Source: Ginkgo biloba (Eukaryota > Plantae > Ginkgophyta). From it: a DNA stretch of 33,682 nucleotides. Positions within the stretch are counted from its first letter, which is position 1, and each line of letters begins with the position of its first letter. The notes under the pieces are model-generated. The model was not told the origin of the DNA. It did not search any database and saw only the letters and a program-made list of their open reading frames with translations. The translations under genes were made by a program, and so were the position numbers. Below are positions 1 to 13,235 of the stretch, piece by piece. Where the stretch lies: assembly GCA_024626585.2 (NCBI GenBank), contig JANKJI020000002.1, positions 163,382,752 through 163,416,433 on the forward strand, written 5' to 3'.

Positions 1-1239
1 ATAAGATTTTCAAAGAAAGATAAAAGAATAATAGTACAACACAAATTAAAGAGGAAAGAGTTACACATAGGATATTAATTGGTAGAATTTTGTGAAATTC
101 TATTATGAACACTATAAACATATGTTCATTTGGATCTAGATCTATATAGTTAAGGAAAACAATTGGATCATCAGGATCCATGACTATGTATTTATATATG
201 AAAACATAANNNNNNNNNNGTCTTGGTTATATTTGCATATGTTTATGTTGATATTAATAATATATAAGAAGAAGGAAAAAAATTAATCCAATGTAATTAT
301 GAAAATGTACTTCAGTTACATTTCAAACTATGGGAGTTGATGATGGAGTTGGATGTGAAAATGGAACAATTTAACTCAAATAAATAGGCACTTGAAATTA
401 TTAGGTTTAAATGAAAAAATTAACTAGATTCAAAGTTAAAATAAGATGAATCAAGAAAAAATAGCTTTGATAAAAGAGTTAAGTAATGCCATAATTAAAC
501 CAACAGGGGAGGACAAAGGCAAGGAGCACTTTGTTATTCAGCAAAATATAGACACCAAATGGAAAAAGTTCTTAAAATTACAAATGAAATAAATGGAGAA
601 CATTTAGGTACTTAAGAGAATTAAAAACTTGGGATTTGATATGAAAGATACCTCAAAACAATTTGATATATAATATATAATTGACTAATAATTTTGTATC
701 CTACTTTAAAGGAGGTTGTAGTATAAAAAAAATATTTCAAACAAAGAGTGGATGAGGAGAAGAAAAGCATGATAAAGTAAATGGAAGGTATAGATATAAT
801 TACAACATATCACATCCATACATAAATCATTATTTCATATGAAATAGAAAATTTTTAGATAATATATTAGAAGAATTTAAAAAATAAATTCTTATTTTAG
901 AGGATATGAATAAACACATTGAGTTTGTTTAATATTACATTGAATCTTATAAGAAATTTTTTCCAAGGGAGGAAAAGTAGTAGCCAAAGAAAATCAAGGT
1001 CACTCAAGCTACTCCATTAGAGGTAAAACCACCTAGTTCAATATTGATCCAACAAAAATAAAAATAAAAGAAGAACTAATNNNNNNNNNNNNNNNNNNNN
1101 NNNNNNNNNNNNNNNNNNNNNNNNNNNNNNNNNNNNNNNNNNNNNNNNNNNNNNNNNNNNNNNNNNNNNNNNNNNNNNNNTTCGTAATTGATTACATTGG
1201 GAGATTTTGACTCACCCACTAAAAATATGGATCAACTAG

Positions 1240-2600
1240 CAATGTGATGGATACTCCATCTAGAGTTTATACCATTCCTTGGTTACTTTAGATATAGATT
1301 TCATATGAGTCTCAATGTAGTTTCTATGGTCAACCCTTTTGGTGTTGTATTATTTATCTCCTCCTCCATTTTCTTAAGGTTATCTTCATAGAGTTATGTT
1401 TGTGTAATCACCCTCTATTTGAATAACTTAAATTGGTCTTTGTAATGGTGGAGAATCCTAATGAACTTATGTGTCTCTCCTTTAGTCTAGATGTAATTAT
1501 ATTTATCTTATTAGTATTGTATTATTAGTTTTGTTGAATCATCATCTTTGTCCATCTTGGTGCTAAGTTTGTTGATAGTTTCTTTTGTCTCTTCGATCTT
1601 CTTAAGGGATCCTTGAATCATCTTTGCATGTCCAGTAAAGTATTGAGCATAAAAAGAGACTTCTTCCCTAATGGAGGTAACATATTCTCTATAGGATGAA
1701 TATATGTTATATGCCTCATATGCTTGTTCTCTTTCTTTCTAGGCCTACCTCCTCTCTTCTAGTTTTACCCCCTCATAGAGGTACTTATACTCCTTCAATG
1801 AAGTTAATTTAACTTGCATAGAACTATCCCTATTGTGTTGTCATTAATTAATGGCCTTAAGGATGTCAATAGCCCTATTGACATTGATCTTATTGGATAG
1901 ATCAATCTCGTTGTCCACCTTAGACTTTATAAATTAGAGGAGTTCTTTGAACTCCTACAATCTTTCTTGTGCCTTATTTTCATACATGGATACCTTCTCT
2001 AGACATGGAATATTCTCTTCATGCATGATATATTGTGTCTATATGAAGGTCTATATTGGAAGTTTAGAAGTGATGATGGTCACTCCACTTAGCGATTTCT
2101 CATTGTCATAATCATTAGGGGTTTTTTAATTTCCCAAATTTTAATAATTTCCCATCTAGTGACTCTACACTTTACTAACTTTATTAACTCTTTTTCAGAT
2201 TATAGAATGCTTCCTACATAGATATAATTACTACTTTTAGCACTCTTTTTTGTGGTGTGTTGAACACCTTCTTGTGTCAATGTTTCTTCTTAGACTCTTT
2301 CTTGCTCCTTTAGTGGGCTAGTATGCCTATATTTTTATTACTCTCTATCATACACTTGAGATAATTATTGTGTCTATTGAAGAGGGTTGGTGGACCTATT
2401 TTCCTCCTATTATATTAATTTCCATAGGTTCTTTATTAACCCTTTCTCATATTGAGTAGATGGTGTTGTGATTACATCCTTTAGTGGTGATGTTGTAGTA
2501 TGTTGCTCTCCTAGCACTATTTTCTCTTTCTTCCCTTGTTCCTATTCCTTATTAGTTTATCTTTTTTCACCATCGATGTCCAAATCAGGAAAAATCTTAA
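1240..2600 (-). pseudogene. Decayed coding relic with coiled-coil character, probably a retrotransposon accessory ORF; function unknown
   Basis: Manual minus-strand translation gives long same-frame runs broken by isolated stops: KVDNEIDLSNKINVNRAIDILKAIN**QHNRDSSMQVKLTSLKEYKYLYEGVKLEERR*A* followed by about 75 open codons (KEREQAYEAYNIYSSYREYVTSIREEVSFYAQYFTGHAKMIQGSLKKIEETKETINKLSTKMDKDDDSTKLIIQY*, ~1738-1511). Boundaries approximate. Confidence 0.45.
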
Positions 2601-2754
2601 GGNNNNNNNNNNNNNNNNNNNNNNNNNNNNNNNNNNNNNNNNNNNNNNNNNNNNNNNNNNNNNNNNNNNNNNNNNNNNNNNNNNNNNNNNNNNNNNNNNN
2701 NNCTATATTTAAAGATAAGTTTTTTACATCTAAACATCTTACTATTAATATTAG

Positions 2755-3290
2755 ACATATAAAATACTATGATTTTCATAATGCTTTTGGATGTAATAAA
2801 GAGGAGTGTTGAACTTTCAAGAAATGGTGAAATATTTTAGTAACCAAATCCTTAGTGACAAATAAATAACATTAAGAATTAGAGGTATTGGAATTATGTG
2901 GAAAAATAAATAAATAACACCTTGTCTTTATGACATCTTCTATCACAAATGAATAGCAAGAAAAAATAATTCTTCAATAGGATCAAATTAAAGGAAAATG
3001 AGTCAATGTCATTTTTTACAATGGGAGCATGAAAAATATTATATTCATTCCAACAATGGACACTCTTAGACTTCCTATAAAATATCACCCATCTCCTTAT
3101 GCATTATAATGGACTTCAACACAAAAAGACAAAGTTAAAATGGTTCATACTTTTAGATTTTGTGTACATTGATTCTTATATAGACACAATTTCATGTGAT
3201 GTTGTAGAAATAAATTGTTGTGATATTCTTTTTTTCAAACCATATCAATATGACAAGGATTATTTATACAATGTCAAACCAATACATACA
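2755..3290 (+). mobile_element. Ty3/gypsy relic: end of gag (Zn knuckle) plus aspartic protease, disrupted
   Basis: KYYDFHNAFGCNKEEC* (decayed C-x2-H-x4-H-x4-C). Then IKGK*VNVIFYNGSMKNII..LRLPIKYHPSPYAL*W (D-x-G-S active site with D>Y, HPxPY.L.W motif) and YIDTISCDVVEINCCDILFFKPYQYDKD (CDVVPM..C.ILLG.PWQYDR motif of CRM-like proteases). Confidence 0.75.
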
Positions 3291-5186
3291 AATCAAGAAA
3301 TTATGGTAGGATTTACGTTGTTCCCTTTTTTCCCTCTTCAAAATAAGAAATTTCACTTGTAATAAGTTCTCCAAAAATAACATTTTTTATCTCTGCAATA
3401 AAATCATATTACTCATATCATGGCCACCTCTAATGTAGATTTGTGCATTTAATACACCCATAGATTACTCTACTCTTCCACCTNNNNNNNNNNNNNNNNA
3501 TGAATATATTGTGGATTACACTCTTCCTCAAGATTTATCAAACCCATAAACATATACATATATACAGGTTTCTACTCAAGGACATCTATGAGCAACAACA
3601 CCCATAATGGCACTTCTCCATAGGGATAATTTACTTAAAATGGTAATAGATTCTCTTTACATGATCCACCCTTCTCCACCCATGAGAATGCATGCTTCTT
3701 TGGCATGTTGTTACAAGGGTAAGGCATTATTTCTTCTTCAAGGGAAATATTTTTTGTGTCCAATTCTTAGACATACTCGAAGGCAAGAGACATACTACAT
3801 TAGCCTTTTGGGTACACTATATACTTTTCTAGAGACCATATCTTCTCATCAGTACATCTATCATTGTCTAAATCTTCTTGGATGGCCATTAAATATAGCT
3901 TCCCGAAGACCATCTTGGATATACTTTATACTCTACTATATCCTAGGTTATAAATGAGAACATCACAATNNNNNNNNNNNNNNNNNNNNNNNNNNNNNNN
4001 NNNNNNNNNNNNNNNNNNNNNNNNNNNNNNNNNNNNNNNNNNNNNNNNNNNNNNNNNNNNNNNNNNNNNACATTTCTTTGCAATTAATTTTGCACTTCAC
4101 AATAATCATGTGAAGTAAGGATGTAATACAAACATGTCTCATTCGAGCAAAAAAAAGGTAAAAAAAAGACCAAAACTTAATATGTGAGGAATAAAATAAC
4201 AAAGAAAATATAAATACAATATTTAAACAATGCCAAAGTATAATCTTGATTCTACATGATATGGCTGACTAGGTAATGAAGTATGTAGCCCACTAGTTTT
4301 TACTCCCAAAATTTAAACCATATGTCAATAAACTTTGGTCAATAGTAGGAGCATGCCATCCACATGGGGACCTTCATCTAGATTAATAACAGCATGAATA
4401 GTTTTGACTTGTGTCTTTAAAGGTGTAGGGTAATGAACCATGGCCTCATGTGTCATGAAAGGTTAAGTTGGTAAGAATTGAGTTTTGCCATTTGTCAATA
4501 AATATGAATATCTTATAATATATTTTCTTTCCTAGATTACACGTAAAGAAATCCCATGAAAAAGAATTGTTAATTTTGGCATCTTAGATGGAAATAACTA
4601 CGCTAAATTTAGCTTGAACAATTATTAGAAATTGTAATACATTCTTAGAAACATGGACATGATTGAGAAAGAAATCTCATTATTTACTTCTATTAAATGT
4701 TTTTTTAATTGAAGGTAAGTTGAGTATCTATTTGTCTTAAGAATCCTTGTATGAGGGGAAAACTATTTTATCAAAAACACTTGGGCAATGCACTCAATCC
4801 CCTCCCAATCCACATGGATCAATGGGAATTATTTTCTAGGCATGGAATCAATGGATGTTGGCCTAGTGTCACCTATTACCTTTGATAGAAATTAATGTAG
4901 GCATTTCTCTTAATATAATGGACCTTTGGTTTTGTCCAAAATAATTACCTTTCCCTTTCAATCTCTTTGTATCCCTATCAATTTGATCTATTCAAAATTT
5001 TCTCCATTACCCCTTTGGTAGGTGTTTGGTTTCCATTGACAGACATTTTGGGGGGCTAAATTTTAGTGCATAAGTCTCTATGTTTTNNNNNNNNNNNNNN
5101 NNNNNNNNNNNNNNNNNNNNNNNNNNNNNNNNNNNNNNNNNNNNNNNNNNNNNNNNNNNNNNNNNNNNNNNNNNNNNNNNNNNNNN

Positions 5187-5711
5187 TTGAAAATAGAATA
5201 AAATCAAGACTCAACCATAAAGGAAAATAGAGGTAATCTAGATGAATTCTTAGGATCAACAATCTACAAGGAGTATAGAACATTCATATCACAATCACAA
5301 AAACATATTAAAAATGAAGAAAAAATAGGAAAAACATAGGGATTTCCTCAACGGGTATTATGATTAGAACCCCTTTTCCTTTGTATTTTCTTATTTTATC
5401 TTGGGACTTCATGCCATTATTACCATTGGATAAGTTTAAACTATTGAAGTCAAGAAGTTAAAATTATTGAAGTCATTGCATGAAGTTGGATCACTAACTA
5501 CCTCCAAATTTTGTTGTAGATTCTTATGAGTTCTTGGATGATAGCTCTCAAACACATTGTAATCATTCCTAAATGTCCTTTATCCTAGTCATGACTAAAC
5601 ATCTATTTTTAAAATAAATATTAATAAATTATTTTTTTGCTTGGAATATTTCTTCCTTCTTACCTCTTAATATACAATTCAATTCTCTATTCTAATGGAA
5701 CATGCCCCATA
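5187..5711 (-). mobile_element. Candidate 3' LTR start with short PPT-like tract, downstream of the accessory ORF
   Basis: Minus strand reads TATGGGGCA|TGTT at 5711-5699, just after the decayed ORF. Non-coding AT-rich sequence runs from there to the gap at 5186. No partner LTR is visible. Confidence 0.3.
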
Positions 5712-5739
5712 GAGGTCTACTTAGTTTATTACCATCATT

Positions 5740-8424
5740 TTCTTCTTAATTTTTCAAAATATTGATAATGTTTATCTTCTCTAATTGAAGTGACTATGTA
5801 GTCTTCTCTTAGAATTAGTTGATTTTCTTTCCATGAGGATGAGGTATACTATTCTTGAGATGTCATTTTAAGTAAATATTTTATTTCAAAAAATTTACTT
5901 CTTATACCCAATAGGCGATAAGATCTTTCCTTAGTTACCTCCCTTTTGATGAAAAAATAATTTTTGAATTCCTTAGGATGAGGTTCTCCAATCCCTTTAT
6001 TCACAAAGATTCAAAATTCAACAAATTATTTTTTCATAAAAATCTCTATTTCATTTATGAATTGGGAATATATTTTGAGATANNNNNNNNNNNNNNNNNN
6101 NNNNNTATAGCATGTATCTTACTAGCTAAATCCTAAATCTATAGTCCTAACTACATGATTTTGTTAGAAAAAATTCTATAAAACCATTCTTCTAAATATT
6201 TTCAATGCAAAAAAAATTATGTAATCCATTGTCTATTAAGGACCTAATGGAATCAATGTGCCAAACCATCATCAAAGGAGCCAGGAATGACTTAAACTCT
6301 TTCATTCTCTCTTCTAGATAAGTATTTTGTCCTTTCAACTAAGAATTCTCCCATGAAAATTCATTAATCTTCAATTGCAAAGATTCAAATGAAACTTTAT
6401 GAAACTCCATAGTTTCATGAATGGTCAATTGGTTCACCTCTAATTTAGTCTCCTAAATGATGATGTCTACTAGAGTGATTATTTCCTTTGATTTGGAATC
6501 TTTAGTCTTAGTTGACCTCACTCAAATAATTTTCTTATTCTTATCAATATCAAATGAGTCATGTTGTTGGCTAAAATCAAGGGAAAAGGTGGCACCTACT
6601 ATATTTAGGATTATAGGTTGATTCATCAAATTGACCAAGTAGGGGTTTGACACTAAATTTTATTGAATTTCTTCCCTGATTATCACATCTATGTTATCCT
6701 ATTTCACCATAAGACTTTGATGACCTTGAGAAAAAGATATGTTAGGTGATCTAGGGTTAGTTTTACAATTTCTCCTAGACAAAGAGTCACCTGAGTCATG
6801 ACTTCTAAAAGACCATGACTTCTTGGATGAAGATATATCCTCCTCATGGTTCTTATTTTGATTTTTATTATTTCTTGCAACATTATTTTCTCTTTATCAC
6901 CTCTAGTCTTAGCCCTATTTTAGTATGTTGAAGAAGATTTCCCAGCACTATTTTTTGTGTTTGTAAGAGGCTCTCTTATTGAGTCACCAGATGAATTTGA
7001 CACGAAAACTATAGGATTTATTCTTGTAACTCCAATAATTTTAATTCATCCACAACATCACTATTCCTCAAGGAATTAGATATTTTTAGATTTTTTTTTA
7101 TGATGGAATTGCCTCATCTCTTATGTGCCATCTAATCATAATCCATAGGATTTTTAAATTTTTCCTCCAGCTTGGGTATATGGTAATGATGTAATTTATA
7201 ATGGCGGTCAAAAATACCTTCCAGGTCATAATTTCTTCCCCAAACATTTTCCAATCTAAAATAATTCATTTCATCAACATGTGCTCTCACTTCCCCAACG
7301 TTGGTGATAACGAATTCCCCAAAATTAAAATTAAAATAATGAAATGAAGACTTATTTCATTTATGAGACACTTTACTAAATGGAAAATATTTTTCTTTAT
7401 ACCTCTACTAATAAATTTTGGTCACTTGCAAACTTAGGAAGGTGATAGGGATTACCTTCAAAACCATATAGATGAATGTATGTGTAGTCTTTCTCCAAAA
7501 ACCAATCCCTAATACTTATAAAAGAATCCTTGGTAGTGATATTGACTCTCAAAGGTTGATAATTCTCTAAAATAGAAAAGACTTTACTCACGAATTTATT
7601 GTTGACTTGAAAAAAATAACCTTTATATTTTTCCTTCTATACTCTAGGGTACTAAAATGGAACTAGCAATCCTTTCTCCTCTCGATTTAAAATATTACAT
7701 GAAAATATCGAGAAACTCTAGGAAAATAGAATAGAATACACTACATAGGATACCATGTGAAAATGATGCATTTAGAGTAATTCAACCAGTTGGTGGGAGA
7801 TCATCTCACTAATTATATCTGCCCAATTGAAAATTTAGCCTCTCTCCATCATCTGATAAACTACCCATAACATGTAATGATAATTTTTCTGGTGTCATTC
7901 TCATTGAACATTTTACTTAATGAGGTGAATACATGTCTATAATCCCTTTCCAATTTACCTATCTCATAGGAAAACTTACTAGTTAGATTCAAAATTGGTG
8001 CCTCCCTCCATGAATTTATCAATTTTGAGACCTATGGATATTCCTAATAGAACTTATCTTCCTTTTAAAAGAGAAGTATTATTTTGGGTTTAGTATGTTC
8101 AATATTCTTTATAAAATTATGACATTTAGACAACATATTACTAGACCCAAGGCCAAAACCATGGCTTCTCATTCGACGTCAAATCTCTAAGCCACCAATT
8201 CAATCAATTGTCTATAAAGGAAGAACCTCAGGTAATGTTGTAGCTTAAACCATACTAGACTTCCATCATGGATCTTATTATCTTCTATCTTCAATTGTAT
8301 GCATGAAGTCTTCAAAAATAAGTCTAAAATTTGGTTGAAAGGTACCTAAGGTGTTTGTGATTTCCACCACTAATGCTACTTTAGAAGCTTGCACTCTTAA
8401 GCTTCTTGCAACTCTTTTGGACAT
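5740..8424 (-). pseudogene. Long (~2.7 kb) decayed accessory ORF of an LTR retrotransposon, neither gag nor pol
   Basis: ATG at 8424 (MSKRVARSLRVQAS...). Ordered protein-like blocks: ATTLPEVL/YRQLIELVA*RFDVE; FNWADIISEMISHQLVELL*MHHFHMVSYV; IRDWFLEKDYTYIHLYGFEGNPYHLPKFASDQNLLVEV (ORF 7397-7591); GRNYDLEGIF; then a charged C-terminal region. These blocks resemble, from memory, retrotransposon-associated hypothetical proteins of conifer-type genomes; not verified by search. The 3' boundary is approximate. Confidence 0.6.
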
Positions 8425-8799
8425 GGTGTATAACTTGAGATCAAGAAATAATTTATATTATTTCACAAAATGGATATTCTATTTTGAATTTTTTATTCTC
8501 CTTCAGTTCATAAATGACCTCACAAGAAATTATTGGCATTTTAAAAGACATAAATTTTAAAATCAACTTATAAATAGGCCACTTTCCTTCAAATTCTAAA
8601 GATGCCAGTTTGTCACCTTGGGAATTAACTCCACATCATTTTAATTTACTTCACTTGAAGTGTCAAATAATTCCCTCACCTAACATGGTGAACTGTGTGA
8701 GGTGGTGATTGGTTGGGATGACCATCAAACTCATATTTTCATGTGTCTCAATTTCAACATCTATGGGCCCCATATCCTATCACCTTCTTGTGCATCAAA

Positions 8800-9300
8800 T
8801 ATTTAGAGAAATGGTCATACTAAGCCATGACAAAATTCCATGATAACCCAGGAGCCCAATATTTGATCATATATTATTTATTTATTTTTGGTTCTATGGA
8901 ACTCAAGGAAAGAAAATTTCCCTCTTGTAACAAAGGATCCATCTTCTTAACTCTGACTTCCCAAAGAGGTGGATCCAAATTTATATCAATAAAATCTAAT
9001 AATTTGATCAACTATATATGTCCTAATCAATTTTTCAACTTGATTGAGATGTCTCCAATCTATAAAATTTGATTAATGTAGCACAACATTGTTTATGGAT
9101 CCGCTACTTGAATTCCACAATTTTAATTTTCTAACTCAGGTTTGGAGGTTGTCTTCATATCTTTGAAGTTTCGTAAGTGAATGTCAAAAAAATTTCTATG
9201 AATTTATAAAAAAATGAAACCTAATTTTTCTTCCAACTTGTCACCATCAACAAGACCTCACAAAAATATATTTTATATTTGAGTCTAAGAATTATCCTTT
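8800..9300 (-). mobile_element. Possible very degenerate gypsy integrase C-terminus/chromodomain-region relic
   Basis: Weak ordered matches GDKLEEKL, FYRLETSQSS*KI (cf. AYRLELP.SSKIH) and YMIKYW (cf. YL(V/I)KW), spread over several frames. Lies upstream of the accessory ORF on the same strand. Confidence 0.3.
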
Positions 9301-9889
9301 TGCAATTACATCCCTTGAAGGTAGTATGCTACTAATTTTAATACAAAGATCCAACAATTTCAACCTACAATAACCAAAACATGGCATAGACATANNNNNN
9401 NNNNNNNNNNNNNNNNNNNNNNNNNNNNNNNNNNNNNNNNNNNNNNNNNNNNNNNNNNNNNNNNNNNNNNNNNNNNNNNNNNNNNNNNNNNNNNTACCAA
9501 GATATAAATGCAACATCTTAAAATGGGGCTAAGAAAATTCCATTATATTCTATTCAATAAATATTTATACTAAAGTACATCTCTATAAAATATTTATTAA
9601 CCAAATTAAAAATATATCTATATATATCTCACATAAGTATTTATAATATTGTTTTAGTATACTAATATGTGTAAATTAGTACTAACTCAAAATATTCATA
9701 AAAAAGTGAGAATTGGGATATAAATTTATTTCCAATATTGAATTTTTGTATAGAAATATATACTTGGGAACATTGCTTCCCATATGTGACCTTTATGTCA
9801 TAAAATTTACTCTAGAAATTATATGATGTTGATTTTTTAGTACATGGAACTCAAAATATAAATATCTAAAGTGATTTAACCCAATAAAT

Positions 9890-10105
9890 TCAAAATATAA
9901 TACAATATTAAAAGAGACCAATGTCTAAAACCCCTATTCTAAGCCACCTTTTGAGACTCCTAGACAAAAAAATTTTCTCACACAAAGATCATGAGGGATT
10001 AAAATATCATTCTAGATAAATATCTCACTCATCCCATATTTAAATATAGCTTAGAGCCTCTTGTCATTCATGCTCTTTTCTCCAAATCTAAATCTTCCTT
10101 TAAAG
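9890..10105. repeat. Dispersed direct repeat, copy 1 (LTR-like), homologous to 14960-15182
   Basis: Collinear shared blocks: ACCAATGTC, AGCCACCTTTTGA, TAGACA, TCTCACACA, TCATCCC, AATCT. About two-thirds identity by eye. Confidence 0.7.
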
Positions 10106-10849
10106 CTCTCAATCTCGTATTCTAATCTATTCAAAAATATAAATTCTCCCTAAAGATTTTCCTTCCTCTTAATGCTATGACAATTTTAGTAAGCTTCTAA
10201 AATATTCTAGAATCCCCTCATAATATTATGAGTTATTGGAGAAAGGGATAGATTTTTGAATTTAAATTCCCTTTAAATTTTAAATTTACCACTTACCTCT
10301 TGTTCTTCTAAACACTATAATTTAACCTTTTTACATAGTTATTTTTACCTTTTACATCAATATTAGAAATTTTAGTTCTTATGTTTCACTTTAAGTCATA
10401 TATACATATTAATTACATAATAATACATAAAATATATTTCTCATGTACAAAACATAATGTGTTGGTAAAGGAAATGTTTGGTAGGCCACAAGGAGGAAAA
10501 GTGAAAACTTCAAACATTAAAATAGTGGAGCTCATCTAAGAAAGGACATATTAAATCACATCATTATTTAGGATAAAAATTTGGGTTCAACATTTGGAGG
10601 CCAACAAGGACGGCTCGACCCAAGCCTAAGACTTAGAATCTCTTATGAATTTATAATCAATGGTTTTCTAGGAATCCATATCAAAGTTAATGGTACCATG
10701 AAGCAATGTCAATGAATAATCAACCAAGGACTGAGTATGAAACTCCATAATTTTAATTTCTACAAGAAAGGATTCCCAATTCCTCTTATTTTTCTTTATT
10801 TTTAAACCTAAGGCACCTGAGGATAGTAATGGAATTTATATTCCTCAAT

Positions 10850-12000
10850 CTAAAATCCATATTGATAACCATTATTTTCTAATTTTAATCACTAGTATGC
10901 TCAATATTGTTTCCTTTGGTGTGCATTCTATTATATCCTTGAGATGATTTCATGTTAATTTCTTATCTTTCTTTGGTGTCTAGTGAATGGAATCTCTATT
11001 TAACATGTTTTCAATGATTCCATACCTCTATATTCAAGTTGAATTACTATAATTTTATATTTATTATAATTTTCTATGTTATTTCCTTCATCATTTTCCT
11101 CGTTGTACTGAATTTCAACATGTATCACTATCTTAATGGTATTTTTATTTAATTTATTCTTCAAGTTTTAGTGGAATATGAAAATCATCTTTAGTTGAGT
11201 TTTCTTATATGTTCTTCATGTTTATATTCCTATAGTTTGGGTTAAATTTGATGTTCTATCAAGTCCATCTTTTCTCCTCCATATTATTAAACTTTATTTT
11301 CAACATAATTACCACTTCCTTGATCCATGTTTCTACAATATAGTAGGCATATCTTGTCTCTCTCTCTCTTTTATTATTGTTTCTAATAGTGATCATATTC
11401 TAACTTATTCTACTCTAATTTCATCTTTATTAGTGTTTTGGAAAGCTTCCTTCACCTCTCTAATTCATGAGATGATCTTGATTCATTAATGGAAATTAGA
11501 TTATCTTCCTCTTAGGTTCGATTATCCTCCAATTTTATTTCCCCCTCATAGGAAAATAAAAGTAGTATAGAAACCATCAAATTTTCCTATGAAAAGGTAG
11601 TGATCTTCTCCCTTAATGAGGGATGCAATACATTCATAAAATATGAGGATATTATCCTTCTTTAATCCTTTATTCCTAAGGAGTAATGCAACCCCTTAAA
11701 CCTAATTACATATGCTAACACTATCTTCCCTTATTGTTACAAAAATTTCTATAATATTTTCAAGTCTAATTGGCCATTTTGATGATCATACACATGCTCA
11801 TTTTATGGTTAAGTTGCCATATTTTTATATCCCTCTAAATAGACATAATGTTTCCATACGATGGGTCACAATAATCTTTGTAAAAATAGGAAGAAGAAGA
11901 GGGAGAAGGAGTAACAAATGACATGTAAGAGGGATGATTGTATGAATAATGATCATGTTGAATAGCCAATTATTTGTACCCTTATAAATCATCTACAAAG
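10850..12000 (-). mobile_element. Decayed gag of a non-chromovirus Ty3/gypsy element (Tat/Ogre-like)
   Basis: YKGTN near 11985; *Q*GKIVLAYVIRFKGL...SYFMNVLHPSLREKI at ~11740-11600 (Q..GE.V..Y..RF..L / F..GL.P.LR gag signature); YNRMHTKGNNIEHTSD*N*KI near 10930-10870 (decayed YC.YH...GH.IE.C..LK.KI). Confidence 0.55.
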
Positions 12001-13235
12001 AACCCAAAAACTATCTATAGTGCTCATAAAATTCCATAAGTGAACTTGCACTGATCTACCAACTTTCTAATGCCTTCATTTCACTAACTTTGATTAATAT
12101 TATTCCTAAGAAACTTGCAAAAAAAAATTAATATACCTCCCAATAAACACATTAGATATGTTGATGGATTTTTTATTCTATATTAGCTAGCATAGATTCA
12201 CCATAGACATATATTTCCTAGGAATCAAGGATAAGGGATTGAAAATCAAATTTTAACCTTAGATGGGGTAACAACTAATGGAAATAGAACCCTATGTATT
12301 TTTTTCACTAGAGGTATAGTGAGGATTATATACACTTGGTATCATAGGAGGCAAAAGGTGGAGTAATAAAGGCATGGTGTAGTGAAAAATAAAATCTATG
12401 CAAAATCAATATTTAAAATGCATTCAAACTAGTTTAAAATGTTCGCAAGTTATATTTTGTCTCATATGGTAAACTAAGACAAAACTTGTTAGGTTAAGAG
12501 ACTTTCAACATGCATAAAAGAGGGTGGTTTTAAGCCTTGATAGATTAATTAATCATTCCTAAAATGGAATTAGGCTTTGAGATGTTTAAGATACATCAAA
12601 GGGACCAAGAAAAAGATGGACATAAATTTTGAGATAATTCCAACTTTATTTAATTAATTTTTAGTCAGAAAAAGGATTTTAGGGAGGAGTAAATAGTCCT
12701 AGTCCCCAAGCATATCTTCTGTTGATTTTACCATGTGATAATTATCATGTAAAAGGTTGAAAATATTCTTCAAATGAATATTAATATGTGTATATTTTAT
12801 AAATATATGGAATACTAGTTAAAATGAGGTATGACACCCTATATACCCTATGGACTTTTAATGATCATATGGAAAGATGTAAAAATTACAAGATGAATTA
12901 AGCACCTTGAGGAATTCAATGGCTCAAAATATTCCTTACATATTCCCTTATAAGATTATGATCCAACTAGGGAGGTTATATTTTGGTCAAATATTATTTT
13001 CCTAGTTCCTTAATGAGTTTGAATTTCATCACAAGGAAAGGGATGGAATATTTTACCAAGATTCCCTTCTTGGAATTTTTTACTATAGTAGATCATAACA
13101 CCTAGATGATTCCCAAGGACACTTAGAAACTTTTAGTGGAACTTAATTAACTTGAAAATAGATAAATCCATTATGGGACCTTCTTCTCTTATAAATTTTT
13201 TTAATTGACAATTAATTAATTAAATATAAAATGGT

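Noticed and set aside
1-1080. Purine-rich plus strand suggesting a decayed coiled-coil ORF
   Set aside because: Too many stops and frameshifts and no recognisable motif.
3500-3969. 116-aa plus ORF 3607-3957 and a protein-like minus frame (PYGEVPLWVLLLIDVLE)
   Set aside because: The plus ORF looks like an antisense shadow. The minus frame may be a decayed TE ORF, but it sits on a 470-bp contig with no assignable motif.
5430-5476. Short direct repeats here and at 25951, 27004 and 31887 as a CRISPR-like array
   Set aside because: Two copies each, unrelated to one another, no spacer series or cas genes, and a eukaryotic context.
8730-8760. FHVSQ integrase-tail motif on the plus strand
   Set aside because: Isolated five-residue match, opposite to the strand of the surrounding relics.
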